Assembly (NCBI GenBank): GCA_022843285.1 | Contig: JALHNY010000001.1 | Span: forward strand, 15,128 to 79,127 | Reading direction: 5' to 3' | DNA: 64,000 nucleotides | Source of the DNA: Minisyncoccota bacterium | Lineage (GTDB): Bacteria > Patescibacteriota > Minisyncoccia > UBA6257 > 2-01-FULL-56-20 | Shown: in pieces, positions 1 through 13,956 of the stretch | How the letters are laid out: the number at the start of each line of letters is the position of its first letter | Position numbering within the stretch: the first letter of the stretch is position 1 | Notes under the pieces: generated by a model | The model's input: the letters and a program-made list of their open reading frames with translations, nothing else | Databases searched by the model: none | What the model was told of the DNA's origin: nothing | Translations under genes and position numbers: made by a program

Positions 1-5234
<5,234 letters not shown>

Positions 5235-5274
5235 AATTGCATTCAACCAACCTACCCGCTAAGCTACCCCAGCT

Positions 5275-5676
5275 ATGGAATCAGCAACCCGTCCCTACGA
5301 GATTTCCTTCCTCGTCCGCAGCGAGGGGGACGTCCCCGCCGTCGCCGCGCTCCTCGCCGAGCACGGCGCTCAGGTGACCGACGAGGGTCAGGTCCGCAAG
5401 CTCGCGCTCGCGTACCCGGTGAAGAAGGTAACCGAAGGCTACTTCGGCTACCTGGTTGCCACGATGGACGCCGAGTCTGCCAAGAAGCTCGAGAACTCGG
5501 CCCGCACCACACCCCAGGTGCTCCGCCTGCTCGTCCTCACCAGCAAGCCCGCCAAGGCTCCGAAGCCGGCAGCGGTGAAGCGCGCCGCCCGTCGCGAGCA
5601 GCGCGCCGCAGCTCCCGCGGCGGTCTCCAACGAGGATCTCGCCAAGGAGCTCGAGAAGCTCACGGCGGGGACCTAG
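5275..5676 (+). CDS. rpsF: 30S ribosomal protein bS6
   Basis: PYEISFLV...RKLALAYPVKKVTEGYF pattern; immediately upstream of ssb. Confidence 0.9.
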   Translation: MESATRPYEISFLVRSEGDVPAVAALLAEHGAQVTDEGQVRKLALAYPVKKVTEGYFGYLVATMDAESAKKLENSARTTPQVLRLLVLTSKPAKAPKPAAVKRAARREQRAAAPAAVSNEDLAKELEKLTAGT

Positions 5677-5742
5677 TCCCTGTTCCCCCTGGGGAGCGGG
5701 TGCTAGGATACGCCCGTACCAACCGGTCCCACTCTCACACCC

Positions 5743-6219
5743 ATGAACCTCAACCGCGTCATCATTGCAGGCCGCCTCACCGCGGATCCCCAGCTCCGCT
5801 CCACCACCTCCGGGCAGTCCGTAGGCACGTTCGGCGTGGCTACCAGCCGCACCTGGACGGACAAGAACAGCCAGAAGCAGGAGCAGACCGAGTTCCACAA
5901 CGTGGTGGTTTGGGGTCGCCAGGCTGAGCTCTGCGCCCAGTTCCTGAAGAAGGGCGGCCTGGTGCTCATCGAGGGGCGCCTCCAGACTCGCGCCTGGGAG
6001 GACCAGCAGGGGGGCAAGCGCAAGACCACGGAAATCATCGCCGAGGCGGTCCAGTTCGGCCCCCGCCAGGACGGCGGCGCGGGCGGCTCGTGGTCCGGCG
6101 GCGCCAAGCCGGCGGCCGCAGCCACCGCCACCGCAGCGGCACCGTTCAGCGACCCCAACGACATCCCGATCATCAACCTGGACGAGGACGAGGCCATGAC
6201 CTCGGAAATCCCGTTCTAA
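5743..6219 (+). CDS. ssb: Single-stranded DNA-binding protein
   Basis: MNLNRVIIAGRLTADP N-terminus and acidic C-terminal EIPF. Confidence 0.97.
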   Translation: MNLNRVIIAGRLTADPQLRSTTSGQSVGTFGVATSRTWTDKNSQKQEQTEFHNVVVWGRQAELCAQFLKKGGLVLIEGRLQTRAWEDQQGGKRKTTEIIAEAVQFGPRQDGGAGGSWSGGAKPAAAATATAAAPFSDPNDIPIINLDEDEAMTSEIPF

Positions 6220-6259
6220 CGTTGCATTTCTGAGACCCCTCAGTTAGACTCCCTCGGCA

Positions 6260-6685
6260 ATGGCTAAACCCATCATGACCGTCGTGACCATCCAGGCAGA
6301 TGCCGGGAAGGCAAACCCCGCACCGCCCTGGGGTACCGTTTTTGGTCCTAAGGGCATCAACATCGCCGAGCTGTGCAAGCAGTACAACGAGGCGACCAAG
6401 GACAAGATGGGGCAGATCATCCCGGCTGTCGTGACCATCTACGAGGACCGCAGCTTCGACTTCGTCCTCAAGAGCGCCCCCGCCTCTGACATGCTCCGCA
6501 AGGCAGCTGGGGTGGAAAAGGGCTCGGGCGAGCCCCACAAGAAGAAGGTGGGCAAGGTTTCCAAGGAGGCGATCAACAAGATTGCCGAGGACAAGATGGC
6601 CGACCTCAACGCGTACGACGTTGACCAGGCTGCCCGCATCGTTGCCGGCACCGCCCGCTCCATGGGCATCACGGTAGAGGAGTAG
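6260..6685 (+). CDS. rplK: 50S ribosomal protein uL11
   Basis: AGKANPAPP...GTARSMGITV. Confidence 0.97.
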   Translation: MAKPIMTVVTIQADAGKANPAPPWGTVFGPKGINIAELCKQYNEATKDKMGQIIPAVVTIYEDRSFDFVLKSAPASDMLRKAAGVEKGSGEPHKKKVGKVSKEAINKIAEDKMADLNAYDVDQAARIVAGTARSMGITVEE

Positions 6686-6699
6686 CAGCAGCTCCGGGA

Positions 6700-6724
6700 G
6701 AGCCCCCAGTAGGGGGTTTTCTTC
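6700..6724 (+). terminator. Intrinsic terminator after rplK
   Basis: GAGCCCCC-AGTA-GGGGGTTT followed by a T-rich tract. Confidence 0.7.
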
Positions 6725-6737
6725 TGCCCGCCTAGAC

Positions 6738-6765
6738 TTGCCAAATAGCATGGAAGTGGTATAAT
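6738..6765 (+). promoter_or_regulatory. Sigma70-type promoter of the orphan gene
   Basis: TTGCCA-16 nt-TATAAT with extended TG. Confidence 0.7.
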
Positions 6766-6819
6766 GTTACCAGTTAAGAAATCGGGGTACGCCCCAGAAA
6801 ATCTAGGAGCATTTAAAAA

Positions 6820-7212
6820 ATGAAAATCGGAATCGTACTGTTCATCGCAATTGTCATTGGCTTCTTCGCCTACTCGTTCTACGTGTCAGCACCGGCAAAC
6901 CTTCAGGCTTCGCTCGAAGGCACGACCGAAACGGCAATCTTCCAGATGCTCGGCATCCCGGAAGACCACCGCGGCGCGTTCAATACGACGGTCGAGGTGA
7001 CGACGACCAAAGACGTTACCGAGGTGAAGGTTTGCTTTCAGCTCAACCAGATGAAGCAGTATCAGGTTCCCGCGAAGTATCGCGCGATTGTTCACAGAAT
7101 CTGCGACCTGGATCGTATCGGCGAGGTCAACCCCTCCGCCACGAAACAGTTCGGATCTGCGAACACCGCCGCGATTAAGATTGCGGATGTCCTGAAACCC
7201 TACTTCAAGTAA
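6820..7212 (+). CDS. Hypothetical secreted or membrane-anchored protein
   Basis: 130-aa ORF with N-terminal hydrophobic segment, AGGAG SD, own promoter and downstream hairpin terminator. Confidence 0.75.
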   Translation: MKIGIVLFIAIVIGFFAYSFYVSAPANLQASLEGTTETAIFQMLGIPEDHRGAFNTTVEVTTTKDVTEVKVCFQLNQMKQYQVPAKYRAIVHRICDLDRIGEVNPSATKQFGSANTAAIKIADVLKPYFK

Positions 7213-7303
7213 CCGCCCCTCGTACCGAGGGCATGGGAACCGGCCAACTGGCCGGTTCTTTTCTATTTCCGCTTCTCCCGAAGACTCGGTACCATTGGCG
7301 TAC

Positions 7304-8722
7304 ATGTCCCGCACCCCCACCATTGGCCTCGAGGTCCACGTCGGCCTCAAGACGGACCGCAAGATGTTCTGCTCCTGCCCGAACGATCCGGGTGCCGCGC
7401 CGAACGTGAACACCTGTGCCATCTGCCTCGGCCACCCGGGCACGCTGCCGGTCCCGAACCGCAGGGCCATCGAGCACGTCATCCGCGTGGGGCTCGCGCT
7501 CGGCGGCACCATTCCGGCCGAGACGAAGTTCGACCGGAAGAACTACTTCTACCCGGACCTCCCCAAGGGGTACCAGATCTCCCAGTACGACCAGCCGCTC
7601 GTTTCGGGTGGCGAGCTGCAGGGGGTCCGCATCACGCGCGTCCACCTCGAGGAGGACGTGGCGCGCTCGCTGCACGGCGCGGACACGTTCGCAGCCGGCG
7701 AGAGCACGCTGATCGACTTCAACCGCGCGAGCCTGCCGCTCATGGAGCTCGTCACTGAGCCGGACTTTCGGTCCGCAGAGCAGGTGGGGGAGTTCGCCCG
7801 CGAGCTCCAGCTCATTCTCCGCTACCTCGGCGCTTCAGACGCGGACATGGAGAAGGGGCAGATGCGCATCGAGGCGAACGTGAGCCTCGACATGGGCACC
7901 AAGACGGAGCTCAAGAACATCAACTCGTTCCGCGCCGTCCAGGATGCGGTGGCGTACGAGATCGTCCGCCAGGGCGAGGCGCTCGATCGGGGAGAGGTTA
8001 TCTCGCAGGAAACCCGTGGCTGGGACGAGGTGCGCCGCGTCACGGTGTCGCAGCGCAGCAAGGAGAACGCACACGACTACCGCTACTTCCCCGAGCCCGA
8101 CATCCCGGCTTTCACCACAGCCCCGTTTGACCCGGACGGCCTGCGCGCCGGGCTGCCCGAGCTCCCGGCCGCCAAGCGCTCCCGGCTGCAGCACGAGTAC
8201 CACCTCAGCGAAGCCCAGGCGAACCTCATTGCGGGAGACGAGGCGCTGGCAGGGTACTTCGAGTCCGCAGTCTCAGAGCTGCTCGGAGAGGACGCGGGCG
8301 CACCCGTCGCGTCCCTGTACAACTACCTGACCTCGGACCTCAAGGGCCTGGCGGTCGAGATGAAGCGTGAGGTCACCGAGCTCGTGCAGCCCGCGCACCT
8401 CGCCCACATCGTGGCGCTCGCGTCCACGGGCGAGCTCACCAGCCGCCAGGCCAAGGACCTCCTCCGCCGCGTCGCGGAGACGGGAGACGACCCCGACGAG
8501 GTCATGGCCGCCGAGGGCTTCGGCAGCGTGGACGACGGCGCGCTCGAGCTCACCGTGAAGAGCGTCATCGACGCGAACCCCCAGGCCGTCTCGGACTACC
8601 AGAAGGGGAAGACCAACAGCGCGCAGTTCCTGTTCGGCGTGGCCATGCGCGAGCTCCGCGGCCAGGCGGACCCGGCAAAGCTGCGCGCCGCGATTGAGGC
8701 CGAGCTAGTGGGGCGAGGCTAG
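7304..8722 (+). CDS. gatB: Asp-tRNA(Asn)/Glu-tRNA(Gln) amidotransferase subunit B
   Basis: IGLEVH, RKNYFYPDLPKGYQISQ, YRYFPEPD. Confidence 0.97.
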   Translation: MSRTPTIGLEVHVGLKTDRKMFCSCPNDPGAAPNVNTCAICLGHPGTLPVPNRRAIEHVIRVGLALGGTIPAETKFDRKNYFYPDLPKGYQISQYDQPLVSGGELQGVRITRVHLEEDVARSLHGADTFAAGESTLIDFNRASLPLMELVTEPDFRSAEQVGEFARELQLILRYLGASDADMEKGQMRIEANVSLDMGTKTELKNINSFRAVQDAVAYEIVRQGEALDRGEVISQETRGWDEVRRVTVSQRSKENAHDYRYFPEPDIPAFTTAPFDPDGLRAGLPELPAAKRSRLQHEYHLSEAQANLIAGDEALAGYFESAVSELLGEDAGAPVASLYNYLTSDLKGLAVEMKREVTELVQPAHLAHIVALASTGELTSRQAKDLLRRVAETGDDPDEVMAAEGFGSVDDGALELTVKSVIDANPQAVSDYQKGKTNSAQFLFGVAMRELRGQADPAKLRAAIEAELVGRG

Positions 8723-9604
8723 GAACTGCTTGGACAGCTTGATTGCCTCGTCCAGGCTCTTGATCCAGGTTATGTCCGGGTGCCTGCGCCACCAGGTGCG
8801 CTGCCGGCGCGCGTACTGGCAGATGGCGTCCGTGAGCTGCTTCACGTACTCGTCGCGACCCAGCCTGCCCTGCAGGTGGCGCGCCGTGTAGCGGTACTCG
8901 AGGCCGAGGTCCTCCATGCGCTCCCAGGACATGCCGCGGTCGTGGAGGAGCGTCACCTCGCGCACGAGGCCCTGCTGGATGCGCTCCTCGAGGCGCTTCC
9001 TGATCGTGGTGCGGAGCTCCTTGGGATCTGACTCCACGCCGAGCCAGAGCACGTCGAAGGGCTCCTTGGGCGCGGGTGCCAGCGTGGGCACCGGCTTGCC
9101 CGTGACGCGCACGATCTCGATCGCGCGAATGAGGCGCCGGCGGTTCTTCGGGTCTATGGTCTTCGCGCGCTCGGGGTCAATCTGCTGGAGCACGGCGAAG
9201 AGCTCCTCAGCTGACTTGGGCTCCAGCTCTGCGCGCAGCTCTGCCTGCGGGGGGACCGCCGGAATAGGGGAGCGGCGCAGGAGCGCGTCCACGTACTGCC
9301 CCGTGCCGCCGCACACAATCGGGACGTGGCTGCGCACGATCGTGTCACGGATTGCGTCCTCCGCCATGGGCACGTACTGCGCCACGCTGAACTGCTCCAG
9401 CGGCGACGCGATGTCGAGCATGTGGTGGGGGATGCCGAGCATCTCGCGCTTGGAGATCTTGCCGGTTCCGAGGTTGAGCCCGCGGTACACCTGGCGCGAG
9501 TCCGCCGAGATGACCTCCCCGCGAATAGCCTGCGCCAGCTCGACGGCCATCTTCGACTTGCCGCTCGCGGTTGGCCCGATGATGGCGATGACGGGGAGGA
9601 GCAT
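8705..9604 (-). CDS. miaA: tRNA dimethylallyltransferase
   Basis: GPTASGKS, SADSRQVY, GGTGQY; start overlaps the thrS stop (TAATG). Confidence 0.96.
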   Translation of the reverse strand: MLLPVIAIIGPTASGKSKMAVELAQAIRGEVISADSRQVYRGLNLGTGKISKREMLGIPHHMLDIASPLEQFSVAQYVPMAEDAIRDTIVRSHVPIVCGGTGQYVDALLRRSPIPAVPPQAELRAELEPKSAEELFAVLQQIDPERAKTIDPKNRRRLIRAIEIVRVTGKPVPTLAPAPKEPFDVLWLGVESDPKELRTTIRKRLEERIQQGLVREVTLLHDRGMSWERMEDLGLEYRYTARHLQGRLGRDEYVKQLTDAICQYARRQRTWWRRHPDITWIKSLDEAIKLSKQFLASPH

Positions 9605-11346
9605 TAGCTTCGCGTGGTGACGAGCGTGGCGAGCTTCGCGATGAGCTCGGCGGTGGGCAGGGTCTCCTGCTCGCCGGTGCGGTTGTTGCGGACGCTGACG
9701 GTGCCGTCCGCCTCTTCCTTCTCTCCCACCACAATGGTGTACGGCACCTTGTCCACCTCGGCCGCGCGGATGCGCTTGCCGAGCGTCTCGTCCGCGTCGG
9801 GGACCTCGACGCGGAGACCCACGCTGCGCCCGACGTCCGCGACCTTCTGCGCGTACTCCGCGAACTTTGCCGAGACGGGGAGGACGCGCAGCTGCACCGG
9901 CGAGAGCCACAGCGGGAACGCGCCCGAGACGTGCTCGATGAGCACGGTGGCGAAGCGCTCGATGGACCCCATGATGGCCGCGTGGATCATCACGATGCGC
10001 TCCGGCTCGCCGCTCTCGCCCACGCAGGTGAGGTCGAAGCGCTCCGGCTGGTTGAAGTCGAACTGGATGGTGGCCACCTGGTGCTCCCGCCCGATGGCGT
10101 CCTTGGCCATGAAGTCGAGCTTGGGCCCGTAGAAGGCGGCCTCTCCGGCGCCCGCCAGGGTGATGGCGCCGCGCTCACGCGCGAGCTCCGCGAGGGTGTT
10201 CTCCGCGGCCTCCCACTGGCTGGGCTCGCCCAGGTACCTCTCGGGGGTCGCGGGGTCGTGGGTGGAGAGGCGCACGCGCAGCTCGAAGCCGAAGGTGCCG
10301 TAGAACTCTTCGATGATGTCCCAGATCTTGTTTGCCTCCTCCTTGCTCTGGCTCATGCGGCAGAACACGTGCGCGTCGTCCTGGGTGATGGAGCGGACGC
10401 GGCTGAGGCCGCCCAGCTCTCCGGTCTGCTCGTCGCGGTACACCATGGTGGTGTTCGCGTACCGCTGCGGGAGCTCGCGGTAGCTCCACATCTTGCGCGC
10501 GTAGATCTGGGCGTGGTGCGGGCAGTTCATCGGCTTCATGGCGAACTCGTGCCCCTCGCGGGTCTTGATGCGGAACAGCTCGTCGCTGAACTTGGTCCAG
10601 TGGCCGCTTTTCTCGTACAGGTCCTTCTTGGTGATGTGCGGAATCTCCACGCGCTCGTACCCGCGCCTGGCGCGGAGCTCCCAGACGAACTGGTCCAGGA
10701 GGGTGCGCAGCCAGGTGCCCTTCGGGGTCCACAGGGGCAGGCCGGGTCCCACGAGCTCGGAGAACACGAAGAGGTCCAGCTGCTTGCCGAGGACGCGGTG
10801 GTCCCGCTTGGCGGCTTCCTCGAGCACCTGCAGGTGCGCCTCGAGCTCAGCTCTGGATGCGAAGGCGTACCCGTACACGCGGGTGAGCATCGGCCTGGAC
10901 TCGTCTCCACGCCAGTACGCGCCGGCGACGCGCGAGAGCTTGAAGGAGTCTGCGGGGATGCTGCCCATGTCCTCCACGTGTCCGCCGCGGCAGAGGTCCG
11001 TGAAGCTGCCCGAGGTGTACAGGGTCACCGGTTCGCCCTTCGCCTCGATCTCGGCGATGAGCTCGAGCTTGTACTCGTTCCCGGCGAAGCGCTCGCTCGC
11101 GTCAGCGGCTGAGATCTCCTCGCGGGTGAACCCCGCCCAGGAGGGGAGCAGCTCGCGCATCTTGGCCTCGATCTTCTCGAGGTCCGCGTCGCTGACCTTC
11201 ACCGGCACGTCGGCGTCGTAGTAGAAGCCGCCTTCGATGGCGGGGCCAATGGTCAGCTTGGTGCCGGGGTACAGCTCGAGGAGAGCGGCGCCGAGCAGGT
11301 GGGCCAGCGAGTGGCGCGCGTGCTCCAGGTTGTGGGGTTCGGGCAT
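9604..11346 (-). CDS. thrS: Threonine--tRNA ligase (short N-terminus, no TGS domain)
   Basis: RHSLAH, DLCRGGH, KPMNCPHH, AFYGPKLD. Confidence 0.97.
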   Translation of the reverse strand: MPEPHNLEHARHSLAHLLGAALLELYPGTKLTIGPAIEGGFYYDADVPVKVSDADLEKIEAKMRELLPSWAGFTREEISAADASERFAGNEYKLELIAEIEAKGEPVTLYTSGSFTDLCRGGHVEDMGSIPADSFKLSRVAGAYWRGDESRPMLTRVYGYAFASRAELEAHLQVLEEAAKRDHRVLGKQLDLFVFSELVGPGLPLWTPKGTWLRTLLDQFVWELRARRGYERVEIPHITKKDLYEKSGHWTKFSDELFRIKTREGHEFAMKPMNCPHHAQIYARKMWSYRELPQRYANTTMVYRDEQTGELGGLSRVRSITQDDAHVFCRMSQSKEEANKIWDIIEEFYGTFGFELRVRLSTHDPATPERYLGEPSQWEAAENTLAELARERGAITLAGAGEAAFYGPKLDFMAKDAIGREHQVATIQFDFNQPERFDLTCVGESGEPERIVMIHAAIMGSIERFATVLIEHVSGAFPLWLSPVQLRVLPVSAKFAEYAQKVADVGRSVGLRVEVPDADETLGKRIRAAEVDKVPYTIVVGEKEEADGTVSVRNNRTGEQETLPTAELIAKLATLVTTRS

Positions 11347-11382
11347 GGGGGTAGTGGTAAAAGTATGGTGGCTACAGGGGCG

Positions 11383-11416
11383 TAAGAAAACCCCTCGGGT
11401 TTCCCGAGGGGTTTTC
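11383..11416 (-). terminator. Attenuator terminator hairpin in the thrS leader
   Basis: Perfect 14-bp stem GAAAACCCCTCGGG/CCCGAGGGGTTTTC, then TTAC on the minus strand. Confidence 0.85.
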
Positions 11417-11430
11417 CGTGTGCGATGGCG

Positions 11431-11490
11431 CTACGCGGAAAGCCGCCCCGGGAGGGCGCTGGTCGTCGTAGTCGTGGTGCGGTTTTCCAT
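11431..11490 (-). CDS. Thr-rich leader peptide MENRTTTTTTSALPGRLSA
   Basis: Six consecutive Thr codons (ACC ACG ACT ACG ACG ACC) upstream of the terminator and thrS; TTGGAA-17-TACCAT promoter upstream. Confidence 0.85.
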   Translation of the reverse strand: MENRTTTTTTSALPGRLSA

Positions 11491-11566
11491 CGGTAGGGGA
11501 ATGGTAGCTTGCTCCCCGGTCCATTCCAAGCTTCAGAATGCCCCGGAAAGTCGCTATGATGCCCCC

Positions 11567-12850
11567 ATGCTCGACGCAGCACTGATTCGCACCTCCCCGG
11601 ACCTCGTCCGGGAGAAGGTCGCCACCAAGAACGTCGATCCGGCGCTCGTGGACCGCTTCCTGGAGCTGGACGGCGCGTGGCGCGCCGCGACCGCCGAGGT
11701 GGAGGGGCTGCGCTCCAAGCAGAAGGAGCTCTCCGCCGCCCGCGACATCGAAGGTGGCAAGAAGGTGCGCGACGAGGTGCAGAAGGTAGAGGAGCGGTTG
11801 CGCGAGCTCGAGGCAGAGCGCGAGGTGGTCTGGCGCCAGATTCCCAACCTGCCGTCCGATGACACCCCGGTCGGCAGAGGCGAGGAGGACAACCAGGTGG
11901 TTCGCACCTGGGGCGAGGTGCCGGTCTTCGCTTTCGAGGTGAAGGACCACATTGAGCTGGGTGAGGCGCTCGGCATGATCAACGTCGAGAAGGCGGCTGA
12001 AGTTTCCGGCGCGCGCTTCGCGTACCTGATGGGTGACGCCGTGCGCCTCGAGTTTGCGCTCGTGCAGTTCGTCCTCTCTGAGCTCGCCAACCCCGACGTC
12101 CTCCGCGGGATCGCGGACTCCGTAGCCCCGGGCTACTCGGCGAAGCCCTTCGTTCCGGTCGTGCCGCCGATCATGATTCGCCCGCAGGTGTTCGACGAGA
12201 TGGCGCGCCTCGAGCCGCGCGACGAGCGGTACTACATCCCGAGCGACGACCTGTACCTCGTCGGCAGCGCGGAGCACACGCTCGGTCCCCTGCACCGCGG
12301 CGAGACGATTCCCGAGGCAGAACTGCCGGTTCGCTACCTGGGTTTCTCGACGTCCTTCCGCCGCGAGGCTGGCAGCTACGGCAAGGACACGCGCGGCATC
12401 CTGCGCGTGCACCAGTTCGACAAGCTCGAGCTGGAGAGCTTCACCGCTCCCGAGGACGGCATCCGCGAGCAGGACTTCATGGTCGCCATCCAGGAGCACC
12501 TCATGAGGAAGCTGCGGCTCCCGCACCGCATCGTCATGTGCTGCACCGGAGACCAGGGAGACCCGGACGCGCGCCACCTCGACGTCGAGGCGTGGGTTCC
12601 CTCCCAGGGCACGTACCGCGAGACGCACTCGGCGGACTACATGGCGGACTTCCAGACGCGCCGCCTCAAGACGAAGGTGAAGCGCGCGGACGGCACGACG
12701 GTGCTCGCGCACACGAACGACGCCACGGCGTTCGCGATTGGCAGGACGCTGATTGCCATCATGGAGAACAACCAGCAGGAGGATGGATCGATCGTGGTGC
12801 CCGAGGCTCTGCAGGCGTGGGTGGGCAAGCAGGTCATCACCCGCAGCTAG
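11567..12850 (+). CDS. serS: Serine--tRNA ligase
   Basis: YLVGSAEH, FRREAGSYGKDTRGILRVHQFDKLE. Confidence 0.97.
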   Translation: MLDAALIRTSPDLVREKVATKNVDPALVDRFLELDGAWRAATAEVEGLRSKQKELSAARDIEGGKKVRDEVQKVEERLRELEAEREVVWRQIPNLPSDDTPVGRGEEDNQVVRTWGEVPVFAFEVKDHIELGEALGMINVEKAAEVSGARFAYLMGDAVRLEFALVQFVLSELANPDVLRGIADSVAPGYSAKPFVPVVPPIMIRPQVFDEMARLEPRDERYYIPSDDLYLVGSAEHTLGPLHRGETIPEAELPVRYLGFSTSFRREAGSYGKDTRGILRVHQFDKLELESFTAPEDGIREQDFMVAIQEHLMRKLRLPHRIVMCCTGDQGDPDARHLDVEAWVPSQGTYRETHSADYMADFQTRRLKTKVKRADGTTVLAHTNDATAFAIGRTLIAIMENNQQEDGSIVVPEALQAWVGKQVITRS

Positions 12851-12856
12851 CGCGAC

Positions 12857-13663
12857 GTGGCCCGGTACGACACCTCCTGGCAGAACAGCGCGAAGAAGAA
12901 GCGGGTGGCGCGCGTCCGCTGGGCGCGCGTGCTCGCCGCGCCCGCCGCGGCGCTCGGGCTGCTGCTGGTCGGGTGGGCGCTGATCCACTCGCCGCTCCTG
13001 CGCGTCCGTGAGGTCGTGGTGGCAAACGCCGCCCGCGTCGAGAAAGAGGCAGTCTCGGACGCCGCGAAAGCCGCCCGCACCGGTTTCATTCGCCGCGCCA
13101 TTTCCCCGGCGAACCTCCTGGGGTGGCCGGGTGCGCTCCCGCCCGAAGCCGTGGCGCTCGTGCCGGGCGCCGAGGCAATCGAGGTGGATCGGAGCTTCTT
13201 CACGGGCACCGTGACGCTGGTCGTGCGGGAGCGCGAGCCGGTGGGCATCTGGTGCTTCGAGGGAGACCCGTCCGCTCCCGTCTGCCAGTGGTTCGACGAG
13301 CGCGGCGTCGTGTACAGCCGCACCACGCCGGGCGAGGGGAGCCTCATTGCCGTGGCGCACGACCTCGACCAGGCGCGCGCGGGGTCAGGTCGCCGCGTGC
13401 TGCAGGACGAGCAGCTCGCGCACTTCCTCGCAATCCTCGCGATTCTCAGGGAGCGCGGCATCTCGCCGCGCGTGATGGAGGTGCGCTCCGGCAGCCGGGC
13501 GGAGCTCTCCATGACGACGTACGGCGGTCCGCGCCTCATATTCACGCTGCGCACGCCGCCGGACCAGGTAGAGCCGGTTCTCGATGACTTCATCAAGCGC
13601 GGCGCGCTGGGCGGCCTGACGTACATCGATTTCAGGTCTGCGAAGCGCGCGTTCTACCAGTAG
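12857..13663 (+). CDS. Cell division protein FtsQ/DivIB-like
   Basis: Basic N-terminus, single TM, POTRA-like segment (SPLLRVREVVV...VREREPVGIW), C-terminal YIDFR. Confidence 0.7.
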   Translation: MARYDTSWQNSAKKKRVARVRWARVLAAPAAALGLLLVGWALIHSPLLRVREVVVANAARVEKEAVSDAAKAARTGFIRRAISPANLLGWPGALPPEAVALVPGAEAIEVDRSFFTGTVTLVVREREPVGIWCFEGDPSAPVCQWFDERGVVYSRTTPGEGSLIAVAHDLDQARAGSGRRVLQDEQLAHFLAILAILRERGISPRVMEVRSGSRAELSMTTYGGPRLIFTLRTPPDQVEPVLDDFIKRGALGGLTYIDFRSAKRAFYQ

Positions 13664-13664
13664 C

Positions 13665-13698
13665 AAAAAGCCCGCCGGTACAGCCGGCGGGCTTCTCT
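13665..13698. terminator. Bidirectional terminator
   Basis: AAGCCCGCCGG-TACAG-CCGGCGGGCTT between convergent ORFs. Confidence 0.75.
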
Positions 13699-13719
13699 GT
13701 GTTCACCTGACGCTACGGG

Positions 13720-13827
13720 CTAGTAGCTGACCCCGCGCTTCTTCTGCTTTCTACCCTTCTTCTTGTTGAAGGACTTCCGCTCACGCTTGTTGCTCGAACC
13801 CATGCCGATGAAATACTGACCGTTCAT
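13720..13827 (-). CDS. Small highly basic protein (35 aa)
   Basis: MNGQYFIGMGSSNKRERKSFNKKKGRKQKKRGVSY with AGGAG SD and TTGCGC-17-TATCTT promoter. Confidence 0.55.
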   Translation of the reverse strand: MNGQYFIGMGSSNKRERKSFNKKKGRKQKKRGVSY

Positions 13828-13919
13828 TTTTAAGTAGCTCCTGAATTTGAAATTTGTCGCCGGGGCGACAGCCCGCCGAAGATACGGCACCCGCGATTTT
13901 CGCGCAAGACCCCGGCACG

Positions 13920-13955
13920 CAGAGAGGGCCACCGATTGTTCGGTGGCCCTCTCTG
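13920..13955 (-). terminator. Perfect hairpin 3' of rnpB
   Basis: 16-bp inverted repeat CAGAGAGGGCCACCGA/TCGGTGGCCCTCTCTG. Confidence 0.6.
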
Positions 13956-13956
13956 G

